Assembly: GCA_965218795.1 (NCBI GenBank)
Contig: OZ244653.1
Location: 2,400,001-2,464,000 of the forward strand
DNA from: a bacterium
GTDB lineage: Bacteria; UBA8248; JACPRG01; G963555815
DNA: 64,000 nt
Direction: 5' to 3'
Shown here: positions 34,266 through 45,697 of the stretch, in pieces
Layout: each line of letters opens with the position of its first letter
How positions within the stretch are numbered: the stretch's first letter is position 1
Notes under the pieces: model-generated
The model's database searches: none
Told to the model about the DNA's origin: nothing
What the model saw: the letters and a program-made list of their open reading frames with translations, nothing else
Made by a program: the position numbers and the translations under genes

Positions 34266-34520
34266 TAGCCTGGGGCGGGACGGCGGCGCTCGCAGCTGCG
34301 CGGGACATCCCCGAATGCGCGGCGCTCTCCGTCATCGGCTCGCCCTTTGATCCAGCCCATCTTCGCCACATCGAGGACGCCCGGCTTATTGTTGAGACGG
34401 CCCGTCATCCGAAGAGCTTTGTTTCCCTCGATGACGCCGACGGAAGGCCGACGCCGATGAGGCGGCCAGTGCTCTGGCGGTCTGGGCCTCGCGGTACATC
34501 GAGGGGGATTCTCAGGCTGT
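34255..34520 (+). pseudogene. Fragment of an alpha/beta-hydrolase (OsmC-fusion type)
   Basis: VGHSLG/GGTAALAAA..IGSPFDP..ARHPKSFVSLDDAD. Confidence 0.6.
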
Positions 34521-34590
34521 TTTCAGGCGGGCCTGGAAGCGCGGACGGAAAATCCCCGCAGTTTGCCGGCTAGGTCGAAGGAACGAGCGG

Positions 34591-36069
34591 CTACCCGTTT
34601 TCGTTGGGGTGCAGACGGTACTCGTGATGCTCGCGCCCCTCGCCGGAGCCGCGGCCGAAGTAGTGCCACCTCGGGAAGTTGAAATCGGACGTCAGCGAGG
34701 TGGGCAGCAGAAGCGCCGCCTGGAGATACGCTTCCAGGTCGGGAACATCGTAGAGATTGACTTCGTATCCCCATCGGTCGAGGCAGTCGAAAATGCGCCG
34801 CTTCCTTTCCGTTCTCCAACTGACGGAGAATCGATTGATCCCCCACGAGACCATCATCCGGAGGATCTCCTGCGCCTTTTCGGGCACGGCGAGAATCATC
34901 GGCGCGAGGAAATCGACAGGGCACTGAACGATGGCGTCCGGGAAGGTTCCGCAGATCCTGCGGAAGCCTTCCTCCCGAAGCGATTGAATGGTCCCGTTGA
35001 ACCACAACCGCGACCCGTCCAGATGAGCCTGTTCGATGACGCCCAACACGCGCCGCACCAGCTCGTCTCCTTCCTTCAGGTCCAGCTTGATTCCCCGTCC
35101 GTGCTGACTGATGGTCTCGAGGCACTCGTCCAGCTCCAGCCATTCCTCATCGACGGACCAGGGAGTCTGCGCAAAGGAGTCGTGGCGAAGGACGACGCGA
35201 TCCATGGGATCCCGCCGGACGTCGCACTCCCCCCAATGAACGGCCGAGGCGAGAAACTGCCTCAGGTTGGCGTGGTCGTTGATCCCGTGCCAGGCGAACT
35301 GAATGTGATTGGGCAGATCGCGCTCGGAAACGAGACTCGTGATGTCGTAGGAGTCGCCGCGAACGGTTCGGGGCGTAGCGCTTCGTTTGGATTCGAAAAG
35401 GGTATTGGCGTGGAGAAAGAGGATTTCCCCTTCCGGTTCCCCCTGGACCATGGCCTCGATGTTCCGGGGCTCGTTGTCCACGGCGGCGAACAGCCGGTAA
35501 CCGGCCTCTTGAAAGTATCGGAGACCCTCGCGCTTCGCCTCTGCAACCCCATCTTCCCACCCGCGAGGGTTCATGTATAACAGGTCAGATCGAAAATTGA
35601 CGCGGTACTCCTCGCCCAGTGCGTTCAGAGACCGAAGCGTGTCCTCTCTGAGACCCTCCGGACGGCCGGTATTCAGGCCGACGCTCGTCGCCGGCTGAAT
35701 CTGAAACCAGCGAATGACGTCCATGACGCCGCGATACGGCTGGTGCGACGCCAGGATGGCGTCCGAGTTCCAACGATTCTCCTGGTACCAGTCGAGAATG
35801 TCCCGTCTCTCCGATCCCGGCAGGAGGAGGGTGTCGAGGAATTGATCAACGTGGTTCTCATGAACCTTGATGTCATCGATCCGCAGCCCCTTGAAGAAGC
35901 TTGACCGGTGAGTGCGGTCGAAGGAAAGCAGCACGTACTGAACCATGTGCCGCATGTCGAGGATGGTGCCGTCGATATCAAAAAGGATCAGCAGCCGATC
36001 GTCCGGGTACCGGCAACGGGTCCGATCGTACTGATCCGCCAATGCCCGCATCCAGTCCTTCATGTGCAT
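34591..36069 (-). CDS. HAD-superfamily domain fused to a phosphodiesterase-like (GDPD/DUF2181-type) domain
   Basis: ILFDIDGT, LNTGR, VDNE; then WHGIN..ECDVR..LRHD..GIKLDLK. Confidence 0.65.
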   Translation of the reverse strand: MHMKDWMRALADQYDRTRCRYPDDRLLILFDIDGTILDMRHMVQYVLLSFDRTHRSSFFKGLRIDDIKVHENHVDQFLDTLLLPGSERRDILDWYQENRWNSDAILASHQPYRGVMDVIRWFQIQPATSVGLNTGRPEGLREDTLRSLNALGEEYRVNFRSDLLYMNPRGWEDGVAEAKREGLRYFQEAGYRLFAAVDNEPRNIEAMVQGEPEGEILFLHANTLFESKRSATPRTVRGDSYDITSLVSERDLPNHIQFAWHGINDHANLRQFLASAVHWGECDVRRDPMDRVVLRHDSFAQTPWSVDEEWLELDECLETISQHGRGIKLDLKEGDELVRRVLGVIEQAHLDGSRLWFNGTIQSLREEGFRRICGTFPDAIVQCPVDFLAPMILAVPEKAQEILRMMVSWGINRFSVSWRTERKRRIFDCLDRWGYEVNLYDVPDLEAYLQAALLLPTSLTSDFNFPRWHYFGRGSGEGREHHEYRLHPNENG

Positions 36070-36279
36070 GCCTGAACACCTCCCCGATGTCCTCCTGGAG
36101 TCGATTGAGCCTGTTTTGCTTCCTTGCTTTCAATCCGCTGCGGTTCCATATCTTTATGAAAGATACGAAGGTTATGTTTCTGGTCGATGACGCGGATGTT
36201 ACGGTTGTGTGAAAGGGTCCCGCTGGAGGCGTTAAGATAAAGGGGGACCCACGAATGAGGAAATGACGGTGACTCTACT

Positions 36280-37599
36280 TCAACCGGGCACGCTCCGGCA
36301 GGGAGGCGGCATTCGATGAGCGATCATGAAGAGTTTATGGCCATTGCGATGGAAGAGGCGCTTTCGGGATTGAAAGAGGGCGAGCAGCCCTTCGGCGCCT
36401 GTGTCGTGTTGGATGGGGAGATCATCGTACGGGCTCACAGCATCAAGGTGAACACCCATGACATCACGGCTCACGCGGAGACGCGCGCGGTCGGGCTGGC
36501 CACCCGGGCGCTGAAGAAGAACAGTCTCGCCGGGTGCGCCTTTTACTCGGTGTGCGAGCCTTGCCCGATGTGCTGCGGGGCGATCCTGAACAGCCAGGTC
36601 TCCACGCTGGTCCTGGGCGCCCGCCTGGCGAATCTGAGGGAGCAACCCAACGAGAACATGAACCTCGAACAGTACAAGGGCGGGACCTTCAACTTCCATG
36701 CATACAATGCGGAGCGGATGGCTGAAATGGTCGGTTCGGATATTGTCGTTGTTTCCGGGGTGATGGAAGAAGAATGCGAAAAGCTCTACCGCGACGCCGG
36801 AATCAAGCTCAGCCGGTGATCCACGCTCAAGGAAAGGTGTGAAGCGGCTCCGCTTGCTGATCCGTCGGGCCAAAATGCGGATCACCTCAAACGTGACGGC
36901 AAAGTCGCATCCAAACCGCTTCCCGGCATCGATTGCGGTATTCCGGAGAAACTCGAAGATATCGAACCCGCCCCCCAGGTTATCGAGGTAAACGCGGTGG
37001 GCCTTCAATGAGGCCACGCCCGTCTCAAAACAGTGTGTGACGTCCACCGCGTGGGCGGCTTCCGGGGAGCTGTTGACGCACACCATTCTGACCCCGCCCC
37101 AGGGCTCGAACCCCTCCGTCATCAACTCGGGAAAGATCCACCGGTTTCCCGCGTCCCTCGCCGCGTCGAGGATCGCCAACCCCGTCCAGCGGTGGTCGGC
37201 CATGTTGAGGGCCCCGCCTCCCCAGGTCAGGTGATGGGATATCGTGACAATGACCTCCGGCCGGTGTTTTCGGATCGCGCGGGTGAGATCTTTGCGCAGC
37301 GGGAGGCCGTATTCGATCACCCCGTCCGGATAGCCGAGGAACTCGACTGATTTCACCCCGACGATGGCGGCGCTTTCGATCTCCTCCTGCTTGCGAAGGG
37401 TCCCCGTCTCCTCGGGCGTCATGGAGTCGATACCCGCCTCCCCCCGGGTCAACAGGACGTAATCCACCGTTTTGCCCTGCAACGTCCATCGGGCCACGGC
37501 GCTGGAGGCCGCATATTCCATGTCATCGGGATGGGCGACGATGGCCAGGGCGCGGTCCCAATCCTCCGGCAAGGGTTGAAGCTCATACTGGTCATTCAA
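36280..37599 (-). CDS. PIG-L family deacetylase; domain ends near 36875 but the frame reads through
   Basis: AHPDD, TRGEAG, ADH; the extension overlaps the deaminase in antisense. Confidence 0.75.
   Translation of the reverse strand: MNDQYELQPLPEDWDRALAIVAHPDDMEYAASSAVARWTLQGKTVDYVLLTRGEAGIDSMTPEETGTLRKQEEIESAAIVGVKSVEFLGYPDGVIEYGLPLRKDLTRAIRKHRPEVIVTISHHLTWGGGALNMADHRWTGLAILDAARDAGNRWIFPELMTEGFEPWGGVRMVCVNSSPEAAHAVDVTHCFETGVASLKAHRVYLDNLGGGFDIFEFLRNTAIDAGKRFGCDFAVTFEVIRILARRISKRSRFTPFLERGSPAELDSGVAVELFAFFFHHPGNNDNIRTDHFSHPLRIVCMEVEGPALVLFEVHVLVGLLPQIRQAGAQDQRGDLAVQDRPAAHRARLAHRVKGAPGETVLLQRPGGQPDRARLRVSRDVMGVHLDAVSPYDDLPIQHDTGAEGLLALFQSRKRLFHRNGHKLFMIAHRMPPPCRSVPG
36316..36819 (+). CDS. Zinc-dependent nucleoside/nucleobase deaminase
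   Basis: PFGA, HAE, EPCPMC. Confidence 0.9.
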   Translation: MSDHEEFMAIAMEEALSGLKEGEQPFGACVVLDGEIIVRAHSIKVNTHDITAHAETRAVGLATRALKKNSLAGCAFYSVCEPCPMCCGAILNSQVSTLVLGARLANLREQPNENMNLEQYKGGTFNFHAYNAERMAEMVGSDIVVVSGVMEEECEKLYRDAGIKLSR

Positions 37600-37998
37600 T
37601 GCTGGCCCCCGTATCTCTCGATCATGTTTTCATCATCATGACAGGCGCGGGTTTCGGAAAAGGAAGCCCGAACCCATACGGAAGGTCCGAGCATCCAGCG
37701 TGCGGTGTCTGTGATTATGTATGAGTCCGGCCTGACAGAAAAGAGAAAAGGACGATGAAGGAGATTGCACAATTCTGGATTCACCCACCCGGCATCGCGG
37801 TGTACTGTGGGCTGGTCGCGCTTTTGCTTCATTAGAAGGTTCATGAAATGGTCAAACCGCCCAGGCATGAAAAATGAGGGGCGTACAACCATTGGATCGG
37901 TTTGAACATTGAACGAATTCGGGCGCACTGCGATATGGGCCGGTGAGCGGCGGGCCTCCGTCAGAGCCATGGCGGGCATCAGAGCCGTGGTGGGCCGA

Positions 37999-38838
37999 TC
38001 AGCTCTTTCCCTTCAGTTGGTCGTAGACCCGCTCAATGTTTTTCCTCTGGACGATGGGGGCGATGGTGGTGTACTCGGGCGGGATGGGGAGCTGATCGAT
38101 GAAGGTGATGGTCTCGGCCGCTTCGTCCCGACCCATCCCTTTCCGGATCGCTTCCCGGACCGTATCGAAAATTTCGTTCAGCGTCGCCTTCATGACCGGG
38201 ATGTACGACTTGTCGCAGACCTCGCCGTGGCTCGGAACCAGGATGTCCGCGTCCATGGCTTCCAGCGCGTCCAGGGAATCCAGCCAACGCTGCGGCAGGC
38301 ATTGATGCAGCCAGGGCATGAGGTTGTTGAAAATGAGGTCGCTGGTGAAGACAAGCCGGTGGCGCGGCAGGTGAACGATGGTGGAATTGACGACGTGGCT
38401 CGGGAGGTTCCGGAGCCGGATCTCCTCGTCTCCCGAAAAAAGCGTCATCCGGTCTGAAAACGTGATGGTGGGTTCCTTGGGGACGTACCCCTCCATATAC
38501 GGAAGCCCATCGGGGTCGGCCTTGACGACGAAGTCTGACGCGTTTTCGATCTGACCGCCCGAGATCGGGGAAAGCTCATGAAAGAACTCCCGCGTCTTTT
38601 CATGGGCAATGACCTTGCCTTCGAAAAACGGATTGCAGAGGATATGGTCGATATGGTGCTCGGTGTTGATGATGTAAACGACAGGGCCGTGAGCCTTCAA
38701 TATCTCCACCCATTGGACGGCCACTGAGGGCGGCTCGGGCGTATCGATCAGCACGACGCCTTCGGAAGTCACGATAAAGCCGGGATTGCAACCCGGTATT
38801 CCCGTCTCGACGAAAACGCCCGGCACTATTTCCCGCAT
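37999..38838 (-). CDS. Metallo-beta-lactamase fold hydrolase
   Basis: LIDTP, NTEHHIDH, SDL, VPSHG. Confidence 0.88.
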   Translation of the reverse strand: MREIVPGVFVETGIPGCNPGFIVTSEGVVLIDTPEPPSVAVQWVEILKAHGPVVYIINTEHHIDHILCNPFFEGKVIAHEKTREFFHELSPISGGQIENASDFVVKADPDGLPYMEGYVPKEPTITFSDRMTLFSGDEEIRLRNLPSHVVNSTIVHLPRHRLVFTSDLIFNNLMPWLHQCLPQRWLDSLDALEAMDADILVPSHGEVCDKSYIPVMKATLNEIFDTVREAIRKGMGRDEAAETITFIDQLPIPPEYTTIAPIVQRKNIERVYDQLKGKS

Positions 38839-39059
38839 AATCCCCTCCAATCGCCGGGAACGGAAGAAGCGAATCCACCCACCCGGATTCGACGCCTTGA
38901 GGCATGAGTCTCTGAGAGGGATATAACCCTTTGAGAAGGCTCATGCCTGCATGGCGAAGAATTGAAAGCCAGGACGTCCGTTGAATATGCCACGGACCAT
39001 GAATGAGGTCCAGGATCTGGAATGATCCCCGGGAATCACTTCTCCTAATTGGAGCGTTT

Positions 39060-39200
39060 CCCGGTCCATCAACGCCATCCAGAGCTCAACCTGAATTGCA
39101 CCGACTGCCATAACCGGATGGTTCATGGCCGACTCCACGAGACTCCACCTGCTGCCGCCGAGAATTGCATCTCCTGCCGTGAGAAGAGCGGGATGCTGAA
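39060..39200 (+). pseudogene. C-terminal remnant of a multiheme cytochrome c
   Basis: HQRH..CTDCH..VHG..CISCR (second heme motif degenerate). Confidence 0.55.
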
Positions 39201-39413
39201 TCCGCAGGGCGTTTTCCCCGCCCCCTGGAAAACCAGCGGACGCACGAAGCCCTCGCCGATATTCCATCGGCGAATCAGGCGGTCGATACAGAATGGGTCG
39301 TTCCTGAGTCGGTATCCGATTCGCGCTTATCGATTGCCGTCCCACTTTCATGACAATACTTTGCGGCCCTGAGAAAAGCAGCCACCCAAAGAGCAGAAAC
39401 AAGAACCACCGGG

Positions 39414-39665
39414 GCGGAGGTGGCCATCTCCTTTGGATTGATGCTCGTCGTGCTGGTGGTTTCCAACCAGCGCCGCCTTTCAAGACTGACCGGATTGTTC
39501 ACTGATATTCTGGTTGCCATTGACATCTTGACCGTTGCGCCCATTCCCTGAATGAGCGTGAACCCCGCGCGCTCGCTGGGGTCGGCCTTGGCGTCTCAGC
39601 ATTGGAGCGGGTAGTAGATCCATTTCACCGCCCCCCAGGTGGGAATGCTGCTGGCGGCGCAAGCC
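39414..39665 (+). pseudogene. Aquaporin (MIP) C-terminal remnant
   Basis: AEVAISFGLMLVVLVVSN..*MSVNPARSLGSAL..**IHFTAP.VGMLLAA with three stops. Confidence 0.75.
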
Positions 39666-39797
39666 ACCGCCCGCGCAGGTGTTCGAGCATTCCCTCCGCT
39701 GGGATTGGGCTTCTCGGATGGGCATGTATAATGAATCGTGTTCTTCAAAGGACATGGAAATGGAACCCAAAGACGCCTTGGCAAAAGGGGGAAACAA

Positions 39798-40193
39798 ATG
39801 GGACAGGGGATTCCGGACAGCCATAAAGACATGCTCGGTAAGGTGACCTTCGCCCACTTGGCGACGCTGAACCCGGACGGCTCGCCGCAGAACACGCCAA
39901 TCTGGTTTGAGTTCGACGGCGAAAACATTCTGATCAACTCGTCCAAAGGACGGTGGAAAGATCGGAACATGCGCAGAGACGCCCGGGTGGCCCTGTCGAT
40001 CATCGACCCCGACAATGCCTACCGGTATCTGGAAGTTCGAGGGCGCGTGGTGGACATCACGGAAGAGGAAGCTCTCGATCACATCAACAAGCTGGCAAAA
40101 ATGTACCTGGGGAAAGACGAGTATCCTTTTCTCCAGCCAGGCGAAGTCCGCGTCAAATACAAGATTGCGCCGGAGCACTCCACCTCGATGTAG
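39798..40193 (+). CDS. PPOX-class (F420/flavin-binding) oxidoreductase
   Basis: AHLATLNPDGSPQNTPIW, KDRNMRRDARV, YRYLEVRG. Confidence 0.88.
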   Translation: MGQGIPDSHKDMLGKVTFAHLATLNPDGSPQNTPIWFEFDGENILINSSKGRWKDRNMRRDARVALSIIDPDNAYRYLEVRGRVVDITEEEALDHINKLAKMYLGKDEYPFLQPGEVRVKYKIAPEHSTSM

Positions 40194-41196
40194 ACGGACC
40201 TCATCAGCGTTCCAGCCAGGCGAACGGGCGGAGCATACGGAGGTCCCACAGCTTCCACTCTCGGGACCCCGAACCGGCTCGGGATTCCTCTCGGGAAGTT
40301 GGGCGGGAACCGCCCGCCACAGGGATCCCGGTTATCCTCTTGTACGGGGGGATTGGCTCGAAAGCCGGAATCCAGAAGACGACAATCCCGCCTCGGTTTC
40401 TCATACCCGCTGAAGGAATTTCTCAGGGACGATCCAGGCTTTGCTCTACTCCCAGGGATGACTGCCCGCGAGTAGGCCACTGGCGTCCGGCGCGTCCTGT
40501 ACGATGGAGAAAGCCTGTTCGCCGGCGATCTCCCCTGTGTGGATGGGGAGCGGTACCTCTCGAAAGTCGAGGCTTACCGGGAAGGCGCACGCCGCCCGCG
40601 CCACGCCCACCCCGCCAACCATCGATCGCACAAAGGCGGCCGCGATCGCGCAGGCGCCTGCGAAGCTCTCTCGATCTGGATCCTATGCCGGGCTATGGAG
40701 CTAGATGAGAGAGGCGATTACGCTCTTTATCTCTCCACCGGCAGATATGGAGGGTAAGGCATACGTGGATTCTCTGCAATATGGAGAAAGGCGGCCTGCA
40801 TTGGCTTGAATCGGACCCATAGCCAACCCTCCGGCCCACAAGGAATTTTTCCCAACCCATGTTCTTCGATGATGAGCTTGAATACCTATGCGAGATAGAA
40901 GAAAACGGGCTGCTAGGGAGCTCTTGTCGAGCGGTTTGAGATGCTTCGGCCCAAGCGGGTCGGGGGGTGTTGGATCAAACCGTGTGGCGCACGCTACAGC
41001 CGGACAGCAAGATCGTCGGGACAGGAAGCAGGAGGGATGATGAAGGATGACTCAAAAGGAGTCTTGCCAATGGTTTGTTGCTCCTCGCCTGCGTGACAAA
41101 CAAAGATAAAATCCAGCGAAAGCTGGAAGAATATCAAGGATTCTTTGGCTGACGCCGGTACGAAAAGTAGATTCTTTAGCTGAATCCATCGGGAAA

Positions 41197-44169
41197 TCAT
41201 TTCATACGGTTGTCACTTAGAGCAGTGTGTCTCAAACAAGAAAATCTATCAATTTGAGAGGCTCGTGCCCGTCGAAGACCCGTTATGACTCTCTTGACGA
41301 AAGGGATTATATTTTCAAAGAAAAGACCAATCATGATAATGAAGGTCAAGAGCCACGCAAGAGACGGGTATCGGCCGCCAGGATGATACATGAGCAAAAC
41401 TGCATGTTGGCCGAGACAGGGCAACGCCAAGGACCGCAGATTCCAGGAAACCGCATTCCTGGCCAGGCCCGCCCAAACGACTATGCAGATTGCGATAGCG
41501 CGATACCAAGGGCCTATCCATTCTACCCAGTGATCGGTTATATGCCTTAGATTTCCTCCACCCAAATCAAATTCCACTATTTCCCGCATAGCGGCTAGAT
41601 AGACCTGGGGAGGTGTAACCAAGGTCGCCGTAAGAGTAGCTGACGTTGTGAGCGGCGCAAAAACGCCACCATACCAATAGTTGTGGAGCGGTATAAACAG
41701 AATTGGCAAAAAACCCAACGAGCCTATCAGCCATTCCCTTGTACGGCCCTCATGGAATAGCCTGAAACCTGCAACGAGAATGAGAATGCCCGCACCCGCA
41801 AGTGCATTTGGCCGCATGAAAACCGCAAGGGCCAATAGCATATTTCCAAACAAACCTTGTAGACAGTAATTGCCTTTTTCGCCGTTGATACCGGATAATA
41901 TAAAATAGATACTTCCTAGAAAAGCGATCCAAGCAAATGGTTCAGCAAGTCCGGCTTCGGCCCAAGCGATAAAAGTTTGATAGCGAAAGTAAAAGTCACC
42001 AAAAACCTGCCCGGCGTCTAATGTCTTCTTGAGAATCCATGGCCCCATAAACAACAGCGTGAATAATAAAGCCCATCTGAATGAAATGAACTTTCTGAAC
42101 ACATAATATATAAAAATAGGCAGAACCATTAAGACTGTAAGATATCCAAGATTGGTATCGCCAAAGACGAACTTTTCGAAAGCGCGAAAATATCTCAACC
42201 CAGGCATTTGGTGAAATATATTCTCCCCTCCCCGCAGGACTTCCAGAAGATCTCCTTTCAAGGCTGATATCAATCCCTGCCGCCCCAGGGTTTCATACCC
42301 CAGACCGTCGCCGCCTCCCAACAACGGCGTGTATTCCGCAATCAAACGTCCTCTTGTCTCCTGGGCTATTGTTCCCAAACCAAGGAGCGAGATGACGCCG
42401 GGAACCAGAATCCTTCGCAGAGAGAACTTCACGGTCAAAGCCAATATCGCTGCCGCCATGAGAACCCGGAACCATTTTTTGATGATCATCGAAAGCATAA
42501 GGGGTTCGGATAAAATCAAACGTATCGCGAGAGGCGTTCTTTTCTTTACTGAAATCCCGAAAATGCGCTTGCCCACATCGCTCTCGGTGATATCGCGGCA
42601 TTTCTCCCAGTCATGCTGGAGGTGTCGGAACGCAGCAGGGGTCGTTTCCCACAGCACGTCGCCCTGCCAGCAAAGCGAGCTTCCGACGGATTGCGGAGAC
42701 AACTCATACATGACGAAAAACGGCATTGTCCCGCGTTGAATGTCACTGGCATTGTCATACCAGGGATAACGGCTATCATTCACAAAACCGCCACGAAAGG
42801 CAGAAACATTCGAAAAATCTATGGTGTCTACGATACGTGAATACTTGGCTGACTGAAATATTGAATCCGCGGAAAAAACAAAAAGTTCATCTGGAACTTT
42901 GTAAGCGCGCCAACAACCCGTTGAAATGCTTTTACACCAAGCCGACGGTGGGTACTGCTCAAGAAACTGGCCCTTTAGAAATCGATAAACCCTCTTGGGC
43001 AGTAACCGCTCTAAAGGTTCGCCGTCCTGCTTGAAAATAAACACGTTATGGCCTTCCTGAAGAGCGGCTTTTGGAAAAAGCGCCTGGGCGGAAATTGATA
43101 TGATTATGAGAACGAAGACGACAAAGTAGCGCCAGCAACGTGTCTTGATCTTGCCGAAAACGATGATGAACCCTGAGATCAAAATAATGAAATAATCTCA
43201 CGGGTCATTAATGGGAAGAGTGATAACCGACGCGATCGCGAATAGAATGAATGATTTCAGACATCCATTGAACAGTACCTTTTTTGTATTCAGGGATTGC
43301 GGAGCGAGGTCTGATTCTTTTGCGACATCACGCTCAAACAACCTGAGTCGTGTCAGCATCTCCTGTTTTGTGAGTCGAGGCGTTAGGAAGTAAGCCGTCG
43401 AAAGAGCTACCACGCCGAACATCAACCCAGAGAGAACACCAGGCTGAACGTGAACGGCATAGGGAGACATCAGCTGGACAATCACGATGGCAAGGGATAG
43501 TACCCCAATGGGTAGGAGGACGATACCCGATGATTTCTCCTTCCATCCCCGCCTTTTGAACAGAAGCGCTATAAGAGCCCACACCGCCAGTAACCCTGTC
43601 AGGATAGCCCCAGACTTCACAAGGCTTTTATTCTCACGAGTTCCCTGATCGATCTTTACGAGGAGAAGAGAGCCAATGTTCAAGACATGGTTGCGGTAAT
43701 CGACCCGTCGAAGCAGCAACCGGCCATTCAAGGTCGGTTTGAATGAGACTTCGAGTGGTGATCCGGCTTGGACAAAAGGAGTTTCGACACTTGTTAATCC
43801 CCATCCTGGGTTAGGCGTCAGTTGACCAACCCTCTCCCCGGACAGCTGGACTTCGGCTGACTCTTTTCCTTCGAGGACATAATAGAAGGTAAGCTGGTAA
43901 GTGTCGGAAGCCTCGAATGATAATCTTAAACTGGGGCGCGGAACTCGACTCTCAATAGCGAAATCTCTACCGTATCTAAGGCCGGGTTGGCTCCAGTCAC
44001 CCGAAACAGCAAGCTCTCCTGGATCCAGTTTTCGGTGGCGCTTCCGTAACTCTGAGTCGGCACACAGATGAAAAGCGAGCGTTGCGCAGAGCAGGGAAAG
44101 AGGTGGGAGAAGGAAGAAGATACGACTCCGAAATACGGTCTTATTCAACAAGTTTTGGCCTTTCTTCAT
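41197..44169 (-). pseudogene. Large low-GC polytopic membrane protein (GT-C-like), split by an in-frame TGA at 43198-43200
   Basis: ORFs 43198.. and 41197..43182 are in the same frame (PINDP*DYFII); many TM segments; GGGDGLGYE loop. Confidence 0.6.
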
Positions 44170-44330
44170 CAAAGAAGAGAATCCACCCCGTGGGTCTGAA
44201 AGCGGCGCTTGTACTCGTAGAACTGGTTGCGGCTCATGCCCCGCCGCCGGCAGGCCTCCGATACGTTGCCTAGGGCCTCGGCCAGTTGCAGGGCGCTGAG
44301 TCGCTGCTTTACAACCTTCTTTTTTGCCGC
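44169..44330 (-). mobile_element. IS481-family transposase N-terminal remnant
   Basis: KQRLSALQLAEALGNVSEACRRRGMSRNQFYEYKRRFQTHG. Confidence 0.75.
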
Positions 44331-44410
44331 CCTCCCTTTCTGTCATCCGGGGGTTCTCGTTCCCTCTTTGCAAAATATCATTGGTTCGGGAAGATGCCTA
44401 GCCGTACAAT

Positions 44411-44512
44411 CTCGATTTCCTGAAGACCTGGAAGGCTTGCTACGGCGTCAAGGTCTATACCTTTTATCCCATGACGAATCACGTTCATCTCCTGATGAAG
44501 CCCGGTGAGTCC
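44411..44512 (+). mobile_element. Y1/HUH transposase (RAYT-like) remnant
   Basis: YGVKVYTFYPMTNHVHLLMKP. Confidence 0.65.
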
Positions 44513-44698
44513 TGTCACGCTCCTTCCGCCGAACGAAACCTGTGGCTTGTCGTCCAGCGGTTCTCGCGATTGATGTCATTGAAGAACGGGATTCTCCATC
44601 GATTGGAATTCCTTTGAGCACGAATTCGAATTGATCGCATTCCACCCCATGATGGGTTAACATAGTGTTGGATGAAATCAGCCATTCGGAGACCACCC

Positions 44699-45611
44699 AT
44701 GTTGATCGAACGCGTTGACGGCTATGCCTCTCATCCCGGCGCTCGTCCGCTCGTCGAGGAGCAGCCGCAGCTGGACCCCGCCGAGATCCCGTGGGCTCCG
44801 CTTCGCAAGCCGCTCACCGAGAGCGTCGTCTCCATGATCTCCTCGGCCGCCATTCACCTAAAGACGGACTCCCCTTTCGATTACGACCGGGAATGGGAAG
44901 TACCCACCTGCGGGGGACCCGTCTTACCGAGAGATACCGAGCCTCGCCGGACAGGACGACGTCGAGTACAGCCACGCCCACATCGATACGAGCTATATGG
45001 CTGAGGACCGCAATGTCGCCTGGCCGGTGGATGTCTTCCGGGAGTTTGAAGGGAAAGGACTCATCGGGCGTTTGGCGGAAACCTTGTACTCCATTTACGG
45101 GTACCTACCCAACCCTTGCTCCCTGCTCACCGAAACGGCCCCCCGTATCATCGCCGGAATGTAATTGGAGGGAGTGGATGCCGTATTTCTGTTTCCCGTC
45201 TGACCGATATGCACGAGGTCCGTGGGGCTTCTTCAGAGGGAAATCAAGCGCGCGGGAATACCGACCATTTCCATCAGCAATGTCCCCGAGATGACACAAC
45301 GGGTGTGCGCTCCTCGCGCCGTATTCATCCAATATCCCTTTGGACGGCTGTTGGGGGGCGTGGGAGACCGGGAGGGCCAGCAAACGATTGGCTCACACAT
45401 GGTGGAATGGCTCGCCTCAGCCGACAGACGCAACAGCTATTTGCATCTGCCCTATGAATGGCCGGAACCTCCCGATGAGACGAAATGGCGGTCCGATGAG
45501 CCTCCGCCGATTGGACGTCAGGCCGAAGCGGAGGGTGTACGGATTGGGGATATGGTGACGAAAGCTATGCAGGAGGCGGAAGTGGAACTGCTTCGGCTGG
45601 CGTCCGGGTAG
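44699..45611 (+). pseudogene. GrdB/PrdB-like selenoprotein, decayed copy
   Basis: Colinear with the next gene; +1 frameshift near 44911, TAA at 45162, TGA at 45201 in FPV-U-PIC. Confidence 0.8.
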
Positions 45612-45697
45612 CGGCGTCCAGAGGCGAGCGGATATCGGGGGAGTCGAAGGAATCCATTCTCCGGACGCGGGTTGACGATTTCCAAGGTGGACGGCCC

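Noticed and set aside
43198-43200. Selenocysteine at the in-frame TGA of the membrane protein
   Set aside because: No redox motif or clear downstream hairpin; nonsense mutation more likely
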